Shown: one piece after another, positions 18,106 to 27,323 of the stretch | Position numbering within the stretch: the stretch's first letter is position 1 | How the letters are laid out: the number at the start of each line of letters is the position of its first letter | Source of the DNA: a virus | Taxonomy: Duplodnaviria; Caudoviricetes | Strand: one strand, 5' to 3' | DNA: 40,419 bases | IMG/VR virus record: IMGVR_UViG_3300005077_000041 | Span: 1-40,419 of that record | The notes under the pieces: generated by a model | What the model was told of the DNA's origin: nothing | Database searches by the model: none | The model's input: the letters and a program-made list of their open reading frames with translations, nothing else | Position numbers and translations under genes: made by a program

Positions 18106-18267
18106 TTACTTATTTGGTTCAACAACAATACCATTTAATTTATTAAGAACAGTATTATGTTTTGCCACTATACGTTCAGTAACTTTTCTTGCAATAACTT
18201 GTTCAACATTATCCTTAAGCTCTGAAAATTCTTTATTTTGCAATGTTTTAATGAGTGTATCTGCCAT
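18106..18267 (-). CDS. Small prohead core protein (gp67-position), 53 aa
   Basis: Not in the ORF track. AAGGAGG RBS and late promoter; MADTLIKTLQNKEFSELKDNVEQVIARKVTERIVAKHNTVLNKLNGIVVEPNK*; lies between portal and protease. Confidence 0.75.
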   Translation of the reverse strand: MADTLIKTLQNKEFSELKDNVEQVIARKVTERIVAKHNTVLNKLNGIVVEPNK

Positions 18268-18302
18268 AACGAACCTCCTTTTTATCCTTTTAACAGTACT
18301 TA

Positions 18303-18310
18303 TATTTATA
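18303..18310 (-). promoter_or_regulatory. Late promoter box TATAAATA
   Basis: Exact intergenic match about 36 nt upstream of ATG 18267. Confidence 0.7.
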
Positions 18311-18347
18311 CCTTAACCCACCGTGTTTACTTTTCATCGATTTATAT

Positions 18348-19964
18348 TTATTCACCATTTTCTGGTTCTACATTTGGTTCTACATTTGGTTCTACATCTG
18401 GTTCTACAGAATTCATTTTCTTTTCCTGTTCCAATAACTTCTGATTTTCATTATATTCTTCATCATTCATACGGAAAAAATTACGTAGTGCATACTCACG
18501 TGAAAAATAACCGGTCGGATTTGTTTCTGCATTATAAATATATGAATCTGCATTACCAAACATACCAAATCGAGCTTCAAAAATTTCAAGTTCTTTAAAC
18601 TCTTTCCATAAATTTGACTCATTAAATTCAACATCAACCACACCACGTTTAAGATACGTTTCATCAATACCTCGCATTCGACAAAGTTGTATAAATGGAC
18701 TAAGTATTAAATATTTAAAACGTTTTCTTAAATTTTGAATGAAACGTGAAAATTTAATTTCTTCGCGTGTGATTTCACCTGAACGACCAGAATTCCAAGT
18801 ATTCTCACCAGGATTTAACCATCGTGATGAAGGTAATTTCAATGTTTTATAAAATTTTTGTAAAAAATAATTAAGATCTTCAATCTCTCCAAGATTCATA
18901 CCACCACCAATACTATCGACGGTAGTACCGTTTCCGGATTCATCTTTGCTAAACCAAAAATCTTCTGTAACTGCTTGTACATTTTGTTGTGAATCAATCA
19001 TACCAGTGGCAGGATCATAAATATTCTTTTTCTTATATCTGCGAATAAGACCTTTAATATATTCTTCTGCTTTACCTTTTGTCAAACGACCAGTATATAT
19101 ATTCCACACACGACGTTCTGGAGCACGAACAAGACGATAAACAATAATTGCGTCTTCAAGATTACGAAGTTGATTATATATACGTATTGCTGCTTCAAGA
19201 TAACCACGAACATCGAGAAGTGAGTTACCATATAAACCATAATTGATATATATAATTTGATTTTTTTCAAAACGACGAATATCATTTGGATTTTTAATTT
19301 TACCACTTAATACATGTTCAATAGCAATATCTGTTGTAAGCATTTGATAAAAATAACTAATTTTGCCATTTTCATATACAGGTATCATTGTCCAAGCTGG
19401 AAGCACACGCATTCCTACAATATTTTTTTCATCTTTACTTGGAACTATTTCTAAAAATAATTCAGCTTCAACAATCCATTTACGAAAATATTCTTCACCT
19501 TTTTCATTAAATCGTAAAATTTCTTCTTGAATATATTGAAAAGCAGCACGCATTCTTTTTTCAACAGCCTCAGGTATTTTTTGACCTGGTAATTTTTCTT
19601 TATTAATTTTAAGAGTTAAAATTTCACCTTTAGCATCTTCAACAATTGCATCATTTGTGATTACATCAATAGCATCAGCAACCTCAGCATACAGTGACAT
19701 TTCACGATACTTACCAATTTTTTCTCTTTTATTATATAAGTATGGTTCAAAGTCAATAAAATTAGCATATATATCTGAGGCCACACCCATACGTGAAGCA
19801 AGAAGAGTTGTTTCAATATCTTCTTCAGAAATACCTTGACTGTTAGCAATTTCTTCAACATTACGTTTTATCTCTTCTTTATCATCTGTTTTTTTAAACA
19901 ATTTTGAAAAAATATTATTTTCAAAATTAAAGGATTTAAAAAGATTAAACTGTGTTTGTGCCAT
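18348..19964 (-). CDS. gp20: Portal vertex protein (T4 gp20-like)
   Basis: YREMS...EV.DAID.I.N.AIV, NQLR.LEDA.IVYRLVRAPERRV, EDFW......G.GT.V..I.GG.NLGEIED..YF, EITREEIKFSRFI. Confidence 0.97.
   Translation of the reverse strand: MAQTQFNLFKSFNFENNIFSKLFKKTDDKEEIKRNVEEIANSQGISEEDIETTLLASRMGVASDIYANFIDFEPYLYNKREKIGKYREMSLYAEVADAIDVITNDAIVEDAKGEILTLKINKEKLPGQKIPEAVEKRMRAAFQYIQEEILRFNEKGEEYFRKWIVEAELFLEIVPSKDEKNIVGMRVLPAWTMIPVYENGKISYFYQMLTTDIAIEHVLSGKIKNPNDIRRFEKNQIIYINYGLYGNSLLDVRGYLEAAIRIYNQLRNLEDAIIVYRLVRAPERRVWNIYTGRLTKGKAEEYIKGLIRRYKKKNIYDPATGMIDSQQNVQAVTEDFWFSKDESGNGTTVDSIGGGMNLGEIEDLNYFLQKFYKTLKLPSSRWLNPGENTWNSGRSGEITREEIKFSRFIQNLRKRFKYLILSPFIQLCRMRGIDETYLKRGVVDVEFNESNLWKEFKELEIFEARFGMFGNADSYIYNAETNPTGYFSREYALRNFFRMNDEEYNENQKLLEQEKKMNSVEPDVEPNVEPNVEPENGE
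18363..18408 (-). repeat. 12-nt tandem repeat (about 4 copies) encoding VEPD-VEPN-VEPN-VEPE at the portal C-terminus
   Basis: tggttctacat(t/c) repeated on the plus strand. Confidence 0.9.
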
Positions 19965-19967
19965 ATA

Positions 19968-20495
19968 TTACCTACTTTTTTGTTGTTTGAACTGTGTAAC
20001 TACTTGTGAATATGAAGCACCATAATATGTTCGTGCATAATAATTTATCAGATTATCAATTTGATCTAATGGGATTTGTCTAACTTCCTTAATATTATCT
20101 ATCTTATAATTACGAACTGCATATTTTGAATCTCGAAAAATCATCACCATTCGTTGATAATTAAGCCACGAAACTCTATCTATTTTTTTACCCATCTGCA
20201 ATAACCGTCCAATATGAATAACAAACATGATTCGTTTGTACCACACTTCTCTTATTTCAAGAGGCATGTGGTGTAAATTAATTCCTTGTAACATATTATG
20301 TTTTATTATAATTTGTGTAATAAAAGTAAGAGGCATGTGGTCAAAATATTTTAAGATATCAAGCGAATATTGTTCTACATCAAAATCATAGTAATAAGCA
20401 TACATACTTCCTGTACGCATAGCACCCACTGAAATTTTTGGGTATTGTAATAATTTTCTTCTATATTCTGATAAATCTGCATAACTCATAAACAT
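19968..20495 (-). CDS. DNA end protector protein (T4 gp2-like)
   Basis: G.MY.Y.YD......LKYFD..PL, GINLHHMP...R and AVRNY motifs. Confidence 0.7.
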   Translation of the reverse strand: MFMSYADLSEYRRKLLQYPKISVGAMRTGSMYAYYYDFDVEQYSLDILKYFDHMPLTFITQIIIKHNMLQGINLHHMPLEIREVWYKRIMFVIHIGRLLQMGKKIDRVSWLNYQRMVMIFRDSKYAVRNYKIDNIKEVRQIPLDQIDNLINYYARTYYGASYSQVVTQFKQQKSR

Positions 20496-20894
20496 TTAAC
20501 CATTAAGACATCTTTGTAAATATTCTTTTACACTTTCAATTTTTACTTTCTTTTTCTTCTCACCAATTTTTGTTTGATGGATATAAGAAGAGGAGTCTGG
20601 AACACCATTTGTTGTACCACCAACACTACCTAAAGTTGTTGATGCTGTATCTTCTGTGGTGGTTGCAGGTTCAAAATGAATGGGTTTAAAATCATGATCG
20701 TTTAGCCACTTCTTAGCAGCAGGGACTGTCCATTTTTCTTTTGCAAAACGAATAGCTTGAATTTCAGTTTTTCCATTTTTAATTCCGTATATTACATCAA
20801 TGCCTTTGGCAAATTCGTCATTTTTCCGACGAATTTGATCACCATATTGTTCAGGTTCTCTTATACGAGCTGAATGTTCGTTTGGATAAGGCAT
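20496..20894 (-). CDS. Hypothetical head-associated protein
   Basis: Start reassigned to MPYPNEHSARI at 20894 after AAGGAG. Compact domain ...QAIRFAKEKWTVPAAKKWL.DH followed by a low-complexity tail. Confidence 0.6.
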   Translation of the reverse strand: MPYPNEHSARIREPEQYGDQIRRKNDEFAKGIDVIYGIKNGKTEIQAIRFAKEKWTVPAAKKWLNDHDFKPIHFEPATTTEDTASTTLGSVGGTTNGVPDSSSYIHQTKIGEKKKKVKIESVKEYLQRCLNG

Positions 20895-20904
20895 AATATC
20901 TCCT

Positions 20905-21333
20905 TCAATAACTTGAAATTTCACTATTTTTAAGCAATTCGTTTGCAAGTCTCATTAAAAATGTTTCTAAGGGCATATTGTATTTTTCTTGAAGCTTTTC
21001 CATATCTGATTGTATGCGAAGTATTTCTGCTCTACTTTGAACAGAACCTCTGACAATAAGTTTATTATAAAAATCATTGTTCATCGTTTGAATATATAAA
21101 AATTTATGTAAGACTCCAATTTTTGCACCCAATAATCTTTTTAGTTTAAATATAAATTTATCAAATATTGTTAAAGCGGCAATTTCTTCATCAGTTTCTG
21201 GCAGTCTAATTACATGGCCAGCTGTATCAACTAAACCATGGCGATAAGCCTGCGTATTTGTAATTGGTGTCATTAATTTTTTAATTAATATATAAGTTAG
21301 AATACTATCGATATTCGAACGTTCTTCATTCAT
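20905..21333 (-). CDS. Conserved hypothetical protein of T4-like phages
   Basis: ID....Y..IKKL.TP.....AY..G.VD..G...R and FDK..FKLKRLL pattern, recalled from T4-like head regions. GAGGTG SD favours ATG 21333. Confidence 0.6.
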   Translation of the reverse strand: MNEERSNIDSILTYILIKKLMTPITNTQAYRHGLVDTAGHVIRLPETDEEIAALTIFDKFIFKLKRLLGAKIGVLHKFLYIQTMNNDFYNKLIVRGSVQSRAEILRIQSDMEKLQEKYNMPLETFLMRLANELLKNSEISSY

Positions 21334-21342
21334 ATACACCTC

Positions 21343-22743
21343 TTATAGACCAAACATAGTACTTGCTACTAATTGTAATAATTCAACACGTGTATCTATA
21401 TTCATCACGCCCTTCTTAAATTCAAGTAATTTAAAACCGCCAATACGAAGAGCTCGAATAATATCATCCTGTTTTACATTTGAACTATCCATAAGAATTT
21501 TATCATGTTCTTTTTGTAATTTTTCAAAAGCTGTATTGATACTTTGTATAATTTTTTGTTTATTTATTTTTTCGTTGACATTGACTCCATTTTTGTATTC
21601 TTTTTTATTTTTTAACATAAGAAATTTAACTGGATCACAATCAATGTCCGGACTTATCCATGTTCGCTTCATTATTTGTGTGATATTTGGTATTTTTAAT
21701 TGATTGGCAAATACTTCAACCATTACATCATTGATAATTTTATCCAAACCATCACGAAGAGGACCCCACAATCTTTGGTTGAGCTCAGCAAAATCACCGG
21801 TGATTTTTATAAGTGAATCTTTATACTTAGTTACAAGTCCTTCAATTTTTGGGTGAGATGAACCAGTTTTACGTTCACCAGAAAATAATTGTGATGATAG
21901 GTTGATAAGAATTTCAGCACCAACTTTTGCAGCTAAAGATTTCATTGTGTTATGAAGTTCATCATCATTCATATCTGCTCTATTCTTAAGCCGTTTAAAT
22001 TCTGGAAAATGCTTAAATTTTAAAGCAACAGCCTCTAAATCACTTTTAATACGTGATTGTGGTATATCAATCTGTCCATAAAATATCCAATTTGAATTTG
22101 CTTTTTGTACATTTTTTTTCACATTATTTATTGGACCAATATAGCTAACTACTTCTGAATTAACTGTAATTTTTCCAATTTTATTAGCAATATCTTTAAG
22201 TGTTTTTGCTTTAAAATCGAGAGGTGGGTATCCTTGATCTTCTGTTCCATGAAGTGAATGAAACACAATAAAATTATCTGTGTTTGAATATTGAATAAGA
22301 TTTGGAATTTCACCATATATAATTTCAAGATTAATAAATGCACGTGGTGAACCATCAGGAAAAATCAAACCAAATTCTACACGTTCTGATGGTTTGAGAG
22401 ATTCTAAACCTTTTCGTAAAGCTTCAAAACCGGCACGAAATGCATCTCCGCCCGGGTGAGTAATTGGAAATTTCTTAGATATGTCAGTATCTGGAGTTTC
22501 AGTGCGATTGCGAGCGAATACAAGTTTGCCTGCTTTGTTGAAACCAACGAATAAATTTACTCCATCGACTTTTTCTGTTGTGTCTAATTTACCAGTTAAA
22601 AGTCTGTCAAAAAAATCAATAAAGTCTTCTGGTGTCAGTACATCGTAGGGATGATTCATGTGTCCGCCGAGACCACCCTCTAACAAGTTGATTTTTGCAG
22701 AATTAGAAAAATGGCTTTCGAAAAATTTTCTAAATTTTCCCAT
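21343..22743 (-). CDS. Ligase/nucleotidyltransferase-fold protein (DUF6267-like), putative head-internal
   Basis: LLE|GG..GHM.HPYD, motif I TEKVDG, FARN, INLEII, IEGLV (motif IV-like), IKITGDF (motif V-like). Confidence 0.55.
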   Translation of the reverse strand: MGKFRKFFESHFSNSAKINLLEGGLGGHMNHPYDVLTPEDFIDFFDRLLTGKLDTTEKVDGVNLFVGFNKAGKLVFARNRTETPDTDISKKFPITHPGGDAFRAGFEALRKGLESLKPSERVEFGLIFPDGSPRAFINLEIIYGEIPNLIQYSNTDNFIVFHSLHGTEDQGYPPLDFKAKTLKDIANKIGKITVNSEVVSYIGPINNVKKNVQKANSNWIFYGQIDIPQSRIKSDLEAVALKFKHFPEFKRLKNRADMNDDELHNTMKSLAAKVGAEILINLSSQLFSGERKTGSSHPKIEGLVTKYKDSLIKITGDFAELNQRLWGPLRDGLDKIINDVMVEVFANQLKIPNITQIMKRTWISPDIDCDPVKFLMLKNKKEYKNGVNVNEKINKQKIIQSINTAFEKLQKEHDKILMDSSNVKQDDIIRALRIGGFKLLEFKKGVMNIDTRVELLQLVASTMFGL

Positions 22744-23446
22744 GAAATAACTCCTGAATCAGTTTACCGAGATTACGTTTTTGTTTATAATTAAATCTAA
22801 CTAATTTCATTTTCTTTTCACCACACCATTCTGTTTTCCGTTGATCGTTAATTTGTCTTTGTTTCAGCGCTGGCAGTCCACCAAACCTCTTTACCGCTCT
22901 GAAATGTTGTGTACCGTCATATTCAATACACATTTGTTGTTCTGGAAAATAAAAATCAAACCTTAAAGGATGATTAGTTTTTCCTATCAACTCATCAAAA
23001 GTTTTTTCACGAATAAAATTGATAGATCTTTCTTTTAATTCTTTTGCTATTATTTGCTCACCTTGAGAAGCAGTACAAAACTTACAACCACAACCATTTT
23101 CCTTTAACTTCGCCCAAGTCTTCCAATTTTCTCTACCACAACTACACATATAGTGTAATTTAGTGGCATTATTTTTATATTCCGAACTCAACAAAATACA
23201 ATCTTGTTCTTTTAAATATTGTCGAACAACATCAATGCCTATATGTAATTTATTTTGATTACACTTATGACAATGACTTGCACCTCTATGTCTTAATACA
23301 TCCCAAAATCGGGTAGTTGTTTTATGACCTTGAGTACATTCAATTTTAATTATCTGATGAGCGTTCTTATATTCGCTACTCAATAAAGTGCATCCATCTT
23401 CCTTCAAAATATTGCACACTTCATCAATTGTATATGGTTTTCTCAC
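22730..23446 (-). CDS. Free-standing endonuclease: tandem Zn-finger repeats plus DUF559/Vsr-like PD-(D/E)xK domain
   Basis: Two LLSSEYKN...C..GH/CSCG...CxxC repeats, SQGEQII, LRFDFY, IEYDGTQHF, ND.RK..WC. GTG start with AAGGAGG. Confidence 0.85.
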   Translation of the reverse strand: MRKPYTIDEVCNILKEDGCTLLSSEYKNAHQIIKIECTQGHKTTTRFWDVLRHRGASHCHKCNQNKLHIGIDVVRQYLKEQDCILLSSEYKNNATKLHYMCSCGRENWKTWAKLKENGCGCKFCTASQGEQIIAKELKERSINFIREKTFDELIGKTNHPLRFDFYFPEQQMCIEYDGTQHFRAVKRFGGLPALKQRQINDQRKTEWCGEKKMKLVRFNYKQKRNLGKLIQELFHGKI

Positions 23447-23533
23447 ACTAACCTCCTTTACAGGTTTTAATTTTTGAGAAGTAATCCTTACTTGTAAAGG
23501 TTTCAGGAAACGGTGGCCGCCGCTGTCCTTCTC
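23447..23533 (-). ncRNA. Structured 5' leader (three-way junction plus RBS hairpin) upstream of the endonuclease gene
   Basis: GAGAAG/CTTCTC closing stem, AGCGG-CGGCCA-CCGTT hairpin, TGAAA linker, CCTT-TACAAGT-AAGG hairpin, then AACCT/AGGTT stem over the SD. Confidence 0.55.
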
Positions 23534-23534
23534 T

Positions 23535-23542
23535 TATTTATA
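23535..23542 (-). promoter_or_regulatory. Late promoter box TATAAATA
   Basis: Exact match directly 5' of the structured leader. Confidence 0.7.
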
Positions 23543-23974
23543 TCACTTAAATAAAGCTTTTGATGTATTATATATCCATTCAGCTTGTTTTGGAGCAAAA
23601 CTCTTATTCTTTTCATAATAGTCAAGAATACCTTTACCCATCTTCAACATATCAGCTGAATCACCTTTTTGATCACCTTTTTCAAGAGCACCAATAATTG
23701 CTTTCAGTGATGCAAGTGCATCTTCAGTTGAATTTTCTTCAATAGTAATAAATTGTGGATTAAATTGTGTAAACTGCTGCCACGGTGTTAATTTTTCATC
23801 ATCATCCATCATTATTTCCTTTTTTTCTGCAAAAGAAGCACCACATTGCGGACATTCAGTTGGATATGGACCTGGATAAACAGGTATTTCCATACCACAC
23901 TGTGTGCATTCCTTTTTTACTCGCATCATTTTAACACGTTTTTTAAGTGCTTCACTAATTTTTTCTGTTAACAT
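23543..23974 (-). CDS. Zn-ribbon hypothetical protein
   Basis: CTQCG...CPQCG followed by a small helical domain; AGGAG RBS. Confidence 0.7.
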   Translation of the reverse strand: MLTEKISEALKKRVKMMRVKKECTQCGMEIPVYPGPYPTECPQCGASFAEKKEIMMDDDEKLTPWQQFTQFNPQFITIEENSTEDALASLKAIIGALEKGDQKGDSADMLKMGKGILDYYEKNKSFAPKQAEWIYNTSKALFK

Positions 23975-24070
23975 ATTATCTCTCCTATAAAATTGTTGAT
24001 GTAATTATATATATTTTTATTGTGCATATTTTTATTTGACAGCATGAATATTACCTTTATTTGAGTATTT

Positions 24071-24400
24071 TTATAACAACTCTCTAAATGTCAAACTTGC
24101 ATGAATATCAGCTCCGTTTGTTAATGGAGTTACACACAATACAATTTCATCCATTACTCCACCAATAGTACTTCCCATTCTAAGAGATGTAACAAATTTT
24201 CTGTCAGTTGCTCCAGCTCCTCCAGTTGCAACTGCAAATCCACTATCAATTACTAAACCTCTATTAGATACAACATTCGCTGTTGCTCCTTTTGCATATT
24301 CAATTGAACTATTATCAACACCAGAATATGTAAATGTTCCTGCTATTGTAGGATTTAAACAAAGACTCCATTTAAAATCATCACCCACTTCATTCATCAT
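24071..24400 (-). CDS. C-terminal segment of the virion structural protein begun in 24397..25767
   Basis: ATGA overlap with the upstream stop, no separate SD, and sequence reads as a continuation (DDFKWSLCLNPT...ASLTFREL). Confidence 0.55.
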   Translation of the reverse strand: MMNEVGDDFKWSLCLNPTIAGTFTYSGVDNSSIEYAKGATANVVSNRGLVIDSGFAVATGGAGATDRKFVTSLRMGSTIGGVMDEIVLCVTPLTNGADIHASLTFRELL

Positions 24401-25767
24401 ACTAAAAACTCTGGTGTAACTGTAATATCTTTGTATAAATTTTTTAATTTTATACCTAAAATAGCATAGGTTGTATCAGCAACATCTGCATCGACGTGTG
24501 CTGTTCCAGTATCTACACTTCTAAGAATACCAGTTTCTTCAATACCACCCTCACTTATTACAGTTGAACAAATATGATCTAAACTACCACTTGTAGTTCC
24601 ATCTGTTTGTATAGAATATCTTAAAGGTAAATTTGGTGTTGACATATAAACTGTTTGAAACGGTGAAGTATTAGCATGATTAAAGTAATGACAATATCTA
24701 ATTATACCATCAACAACAAAACCAACTCTTACACGACCAACACCTAACCACTCATAGTCAATAATAGCAATTTGTGGATAATCAAAATTTAAAGTTAAAA
24801 GAGAAGAACCAGTTCCATCTAATTTATCAACATTCCAAGCACTTTGAGGAACTGTTTCTGTTATTGTTCCATTTTTTGCAATATTCCATGAACGATTATT
24901 ATTTAATTCAAAAAAGATACCATTGTTAGGATCAAAATAATTAACACCAGTGCCATCAAAACATCCAACTCTTTTTGTAAGACCAGCACTTTCATTACCA
25001 TGAAAAGTCATAAAAATCAACATTCCTTTTCCTGGTTGGTAATTAAATCTTTGTTTTGTTTGACGAATTACATAATCAGCAGAATTTGCCGAAACTGTCA
25101 TTCTCACACAAGCATCAGCTGAAAGATGAACACTTGTTGCATTGCCACCCGATGTTTCTGACCAAAATAAAGGTTGTTTATCATGTAATTGTTTTGAATC
25201 AAAAAGTGTATATGGTTCTGATATTCTCAACCTATCAAAAGCATCAATTGCTGGTGTATCTCCATATTCATTTACAGCAACTTTAAAGTTGCCTTGTTTT
25301 GTAGCCGCAAAATTAACAAAATCACCATTTTCTTTAATGCCTGTTATAACTGCTTTTACTAATTCAGCATCATCATCGGTTGAAATTTCATCTTGTATTC
25401 TATGACTGGATGGTTTTGAATTTCCCTTTAATAAAGTTTGAAGTCTGAAATAAGATTGATTAGAACTTCCATTAACATATTTAACCCTAATATATTTAGC
25501 ATAAGGATTTATTGAATAATTCTTTCCTACCCCTGCTGGAACCGTATAAACATCATCATGATCCCAATTAACACCATCAGAACTTTGTTCTATGATTAAA
25601 CCGTCTGTATCACTTGCAACATCACTTTTCACATTTATAAAAATAATTCCATATTTAAGAACTTCAGTTGCTGATCCAGTAAATGTTGCACCAGATGTTA
25701 ATGTTGCTGATGTAGAATTATTATCATCTACTTTTCCTTCTAAATAAAATTCTCTGATTAAACTCAT
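24397..25767 (-). CDS. Beta-rich virion structural protein
   Basis: DAFDRLRISEP.TLFDS, RQTK.RF.YQPGK, Q..WNVDKLDGTG.S, IDYEWLGVGRVR.GF and YMSTPNLPLRY motifs, recalled from phage structural genes. Confidence 0.7.
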   Translation of the reverse strand: MSLIREFYLEGKVDDNNSTSATLTSGATFTGSATEVLKYGIIFINVKSDVASDTDGLIIEQSSDGVNWDHDDVYTVPAGVGKNYSINPYAKYIRVKYVNGSSNQSYFRLQTLLKGNSKPSSHRIQDEISTDDDAELVKAVITGIKENGDFVNFAATKQGNFKVAVNEYGDTPAIDAFDRLRISEPYTLFDSKQLHDKQPLFWSETSGGNATSVHLSADACVRMTVSANSADYVIRQTKQRFNYQPGKGMLIFMTFHGNESAGLTKRVGCFDGTGVNYFDPNNGIFFELNNNRSWNIAKNGTITETVPQSAWNVDKLDGTGSSLLTLNFDYPQIAIIDYEWLGVGRVRVGFVVDGIIRYCHYFNHANTSPFQTVYMSTPNLPLRYSIQTDGTTSGSLDHICSTVISEGGIEETGILRSVDTGTAHVDADVADTTYAILGIKLKNLYKDITVTPEFLV

Positions 25768-25770
25768 TGA

Positions 25771-26586
25771 TTACCACCATCCTTCTAAATTATTATAAGA
25801 AATATCTATCGTTTCAGCTCTATTTAATGTAAAAGCAACATTTTCTCCAAACAAATTTTCTAAACCATTAGGAATAATAGATACTGTGTTTGAATTACTT
25901 CCAGTATTACTTATTCTAATTTTTCTGCCTTCTACACCAACTGGAAGATTGATTTGGACATTTCCATCAGTTGTATTTACAAATACAACTATATTTATAT
26001 CACTTAAATCATAGGGTGAGTTAGCACTTGTAAGCCTTACAGTATTAGTTACACCAATTGCAGAGGTGTCTGCTTTTGCTGAAAGTAAATTATTTACTTG
26101 ATCGCTATTATAATATTCTGCTGAAACTGAAGTCCAAGAATCTGAATCATTTGCACTAATAGAGTCTATATGTGCTTTGTTATAAGTATAATCGGAAATT
26201 TCAGCACGAACAGCATGTACACCAAGACCACCACCACCAGTTCCTTGAATTTGATATGGAATCATAGACGCAACAATCTTTTCAATTGTTGCATGCATTT
26301 CCTGACTTATTTCTTCCTTAAGTGAATGAATTGTTGAAGGTTCATTTGGAAGATAGTGCTGAGCTTTTTGAGCTATTGAAGATTTTGGTGCTAATATAGG
26401 TTCTTCTATAATACCATTATTTTCTTCATTGATGACAGGTTCATGATAATCTTTATTTTCTGATACTTCTTCAAGTTGAAAGAAGTTATTATTAAAAATA
26501 GCTTTTTCATCAGTTGCTTTTCCCTCAAGCAACCTACGAAGTTCATCTCGCTCATTCTGTTTGTTTACAAATTTATCAAAACTCAT
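25771..26586 (-). CDS. Virion protein with charged N-terminus and a fibre/baseplate-type beta C-terminal domain
   Basis: GGAGG RBS; GTGGGGLG linker; C-terminal VFVNTTDGNVQINLP...GRKIRI...N.VSI.P.G.E domain. Confidence 0.65.
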   Translation of the reverse strand: MSFDKFVNKQNERDELRRLLEGKATDEKAIFNNNFFQLEEVSENKDYHEPVINEENNGIIEEPILAPKSSIAQKAQHYLPNEPSTIHSLKEEISQEMHATIEKIVASMIPYQIQGTGGGGLGVHAVRAEISDYTYNKAHIDSISANDSDSWTSVSAEYYNSDQVNNLLSAKADTSAIGVTNTVRLTSANSPYDLSDINIVVFVNTTDGNVQINLPVGVEGRKIRISNTGSNSNTVSIIPNGLENLFGENVAFTLNRAETIDISYNNLEGWW

Positions 26587-26633
26587 CTAATCCTCCAAAA
26601 TAATAGTATATCATAGTATCTATAATATTTAAT

Positions 26634-27323
26634 TTACCACCATCCAGACATGTTTGGTTCATTGGAGCGTTGATTAATAGGTGGATTATACTTAATAGGT
26701 TCTTTCTTTTCATCTACTATCTCAGCAATATTAAAAATTTCTTCAGTGTTGACTTGATTTGTTAAGATTGTACCCATGTTAGCAGACGTTGCAGCTGATA
26801 ATGACATATGATCATTTACCCAAGGTATTACAGATAAATCCCATGTATGTTTTGTTTGCAAAAACATATCTCTTGATTCAAAACTCACATCTACAATTTC
26901 CCAAAATCGATGATTATATTTACTTTGTATAATATCACCAACATTTGGTGTAGCATCATCATAAAATTGCGAACAAATACCATTTGTTCGTAGTGCTGCT
27001 GAAAAATGTTTTTGTGTTGTGTACATATGAAAAGTTTCTTGTAAATTAAAACCTTGAACACTATGAACACCAATTTCGGTTGGTAACTCAAACATAGCCA
27101 TAAAATCAAATGATCTTACAAAAAAACTATCATTATCTTCACCCCATATTCTATTATAATTTGGATTATATGTAGTAATATAATAAACACAGCAAACACC
27201 ATGCTGATTGATATACTCTGTTATTTGTAATTCAAACAACTCTTTTTCACGATTGTATTCTGAACCTTCTTGATGATGAAAAAATTCATTTTTACCACGT
27301 GGCAAACTATCAAAATTGCCCAT
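26634..27323 (-). CDS. Neck / head-closure protein, gp14-like copy 2
   Basis: E.ELFE..I.E.I..HGV..VYY, IWGEDNDSF, PNVGDII, FWEI..V, W.L. Start MGN at 27323 (TGATG overlap, AGGAGG upstream). Confidence 0.72.
   Translation of the reverse strand: MGNFDSLPRGKNEFFHHQEGSEYNREKELFELQITEYINQHGVCCVYYITTYNPNYNRIWGEDNDSFFVRSFDFMAMFELPTEIGVHSVQGFNLQETFHMYTTQKHFSAALRTNGICSQFYDDATPNVGDIIQSKYNHRFWEIVDVSFESRDMFLQTKHTWDLSVIPWVNDHMSLSAATSANMGTILTNQVNTEEIFNIAEIVDEKKEPIKYNPPINQRSNEPNMSGWW

Noticed and set aside
6676-20948. Longest-ORF starts in the track at 7326, 12511, 16555, 18134 and 20948
   Set aside because: They overlap upstream genes or lack an SD; downstream ATGs at 7272, 12430, 16528, 18092 and 20894 have clear SD sequences.
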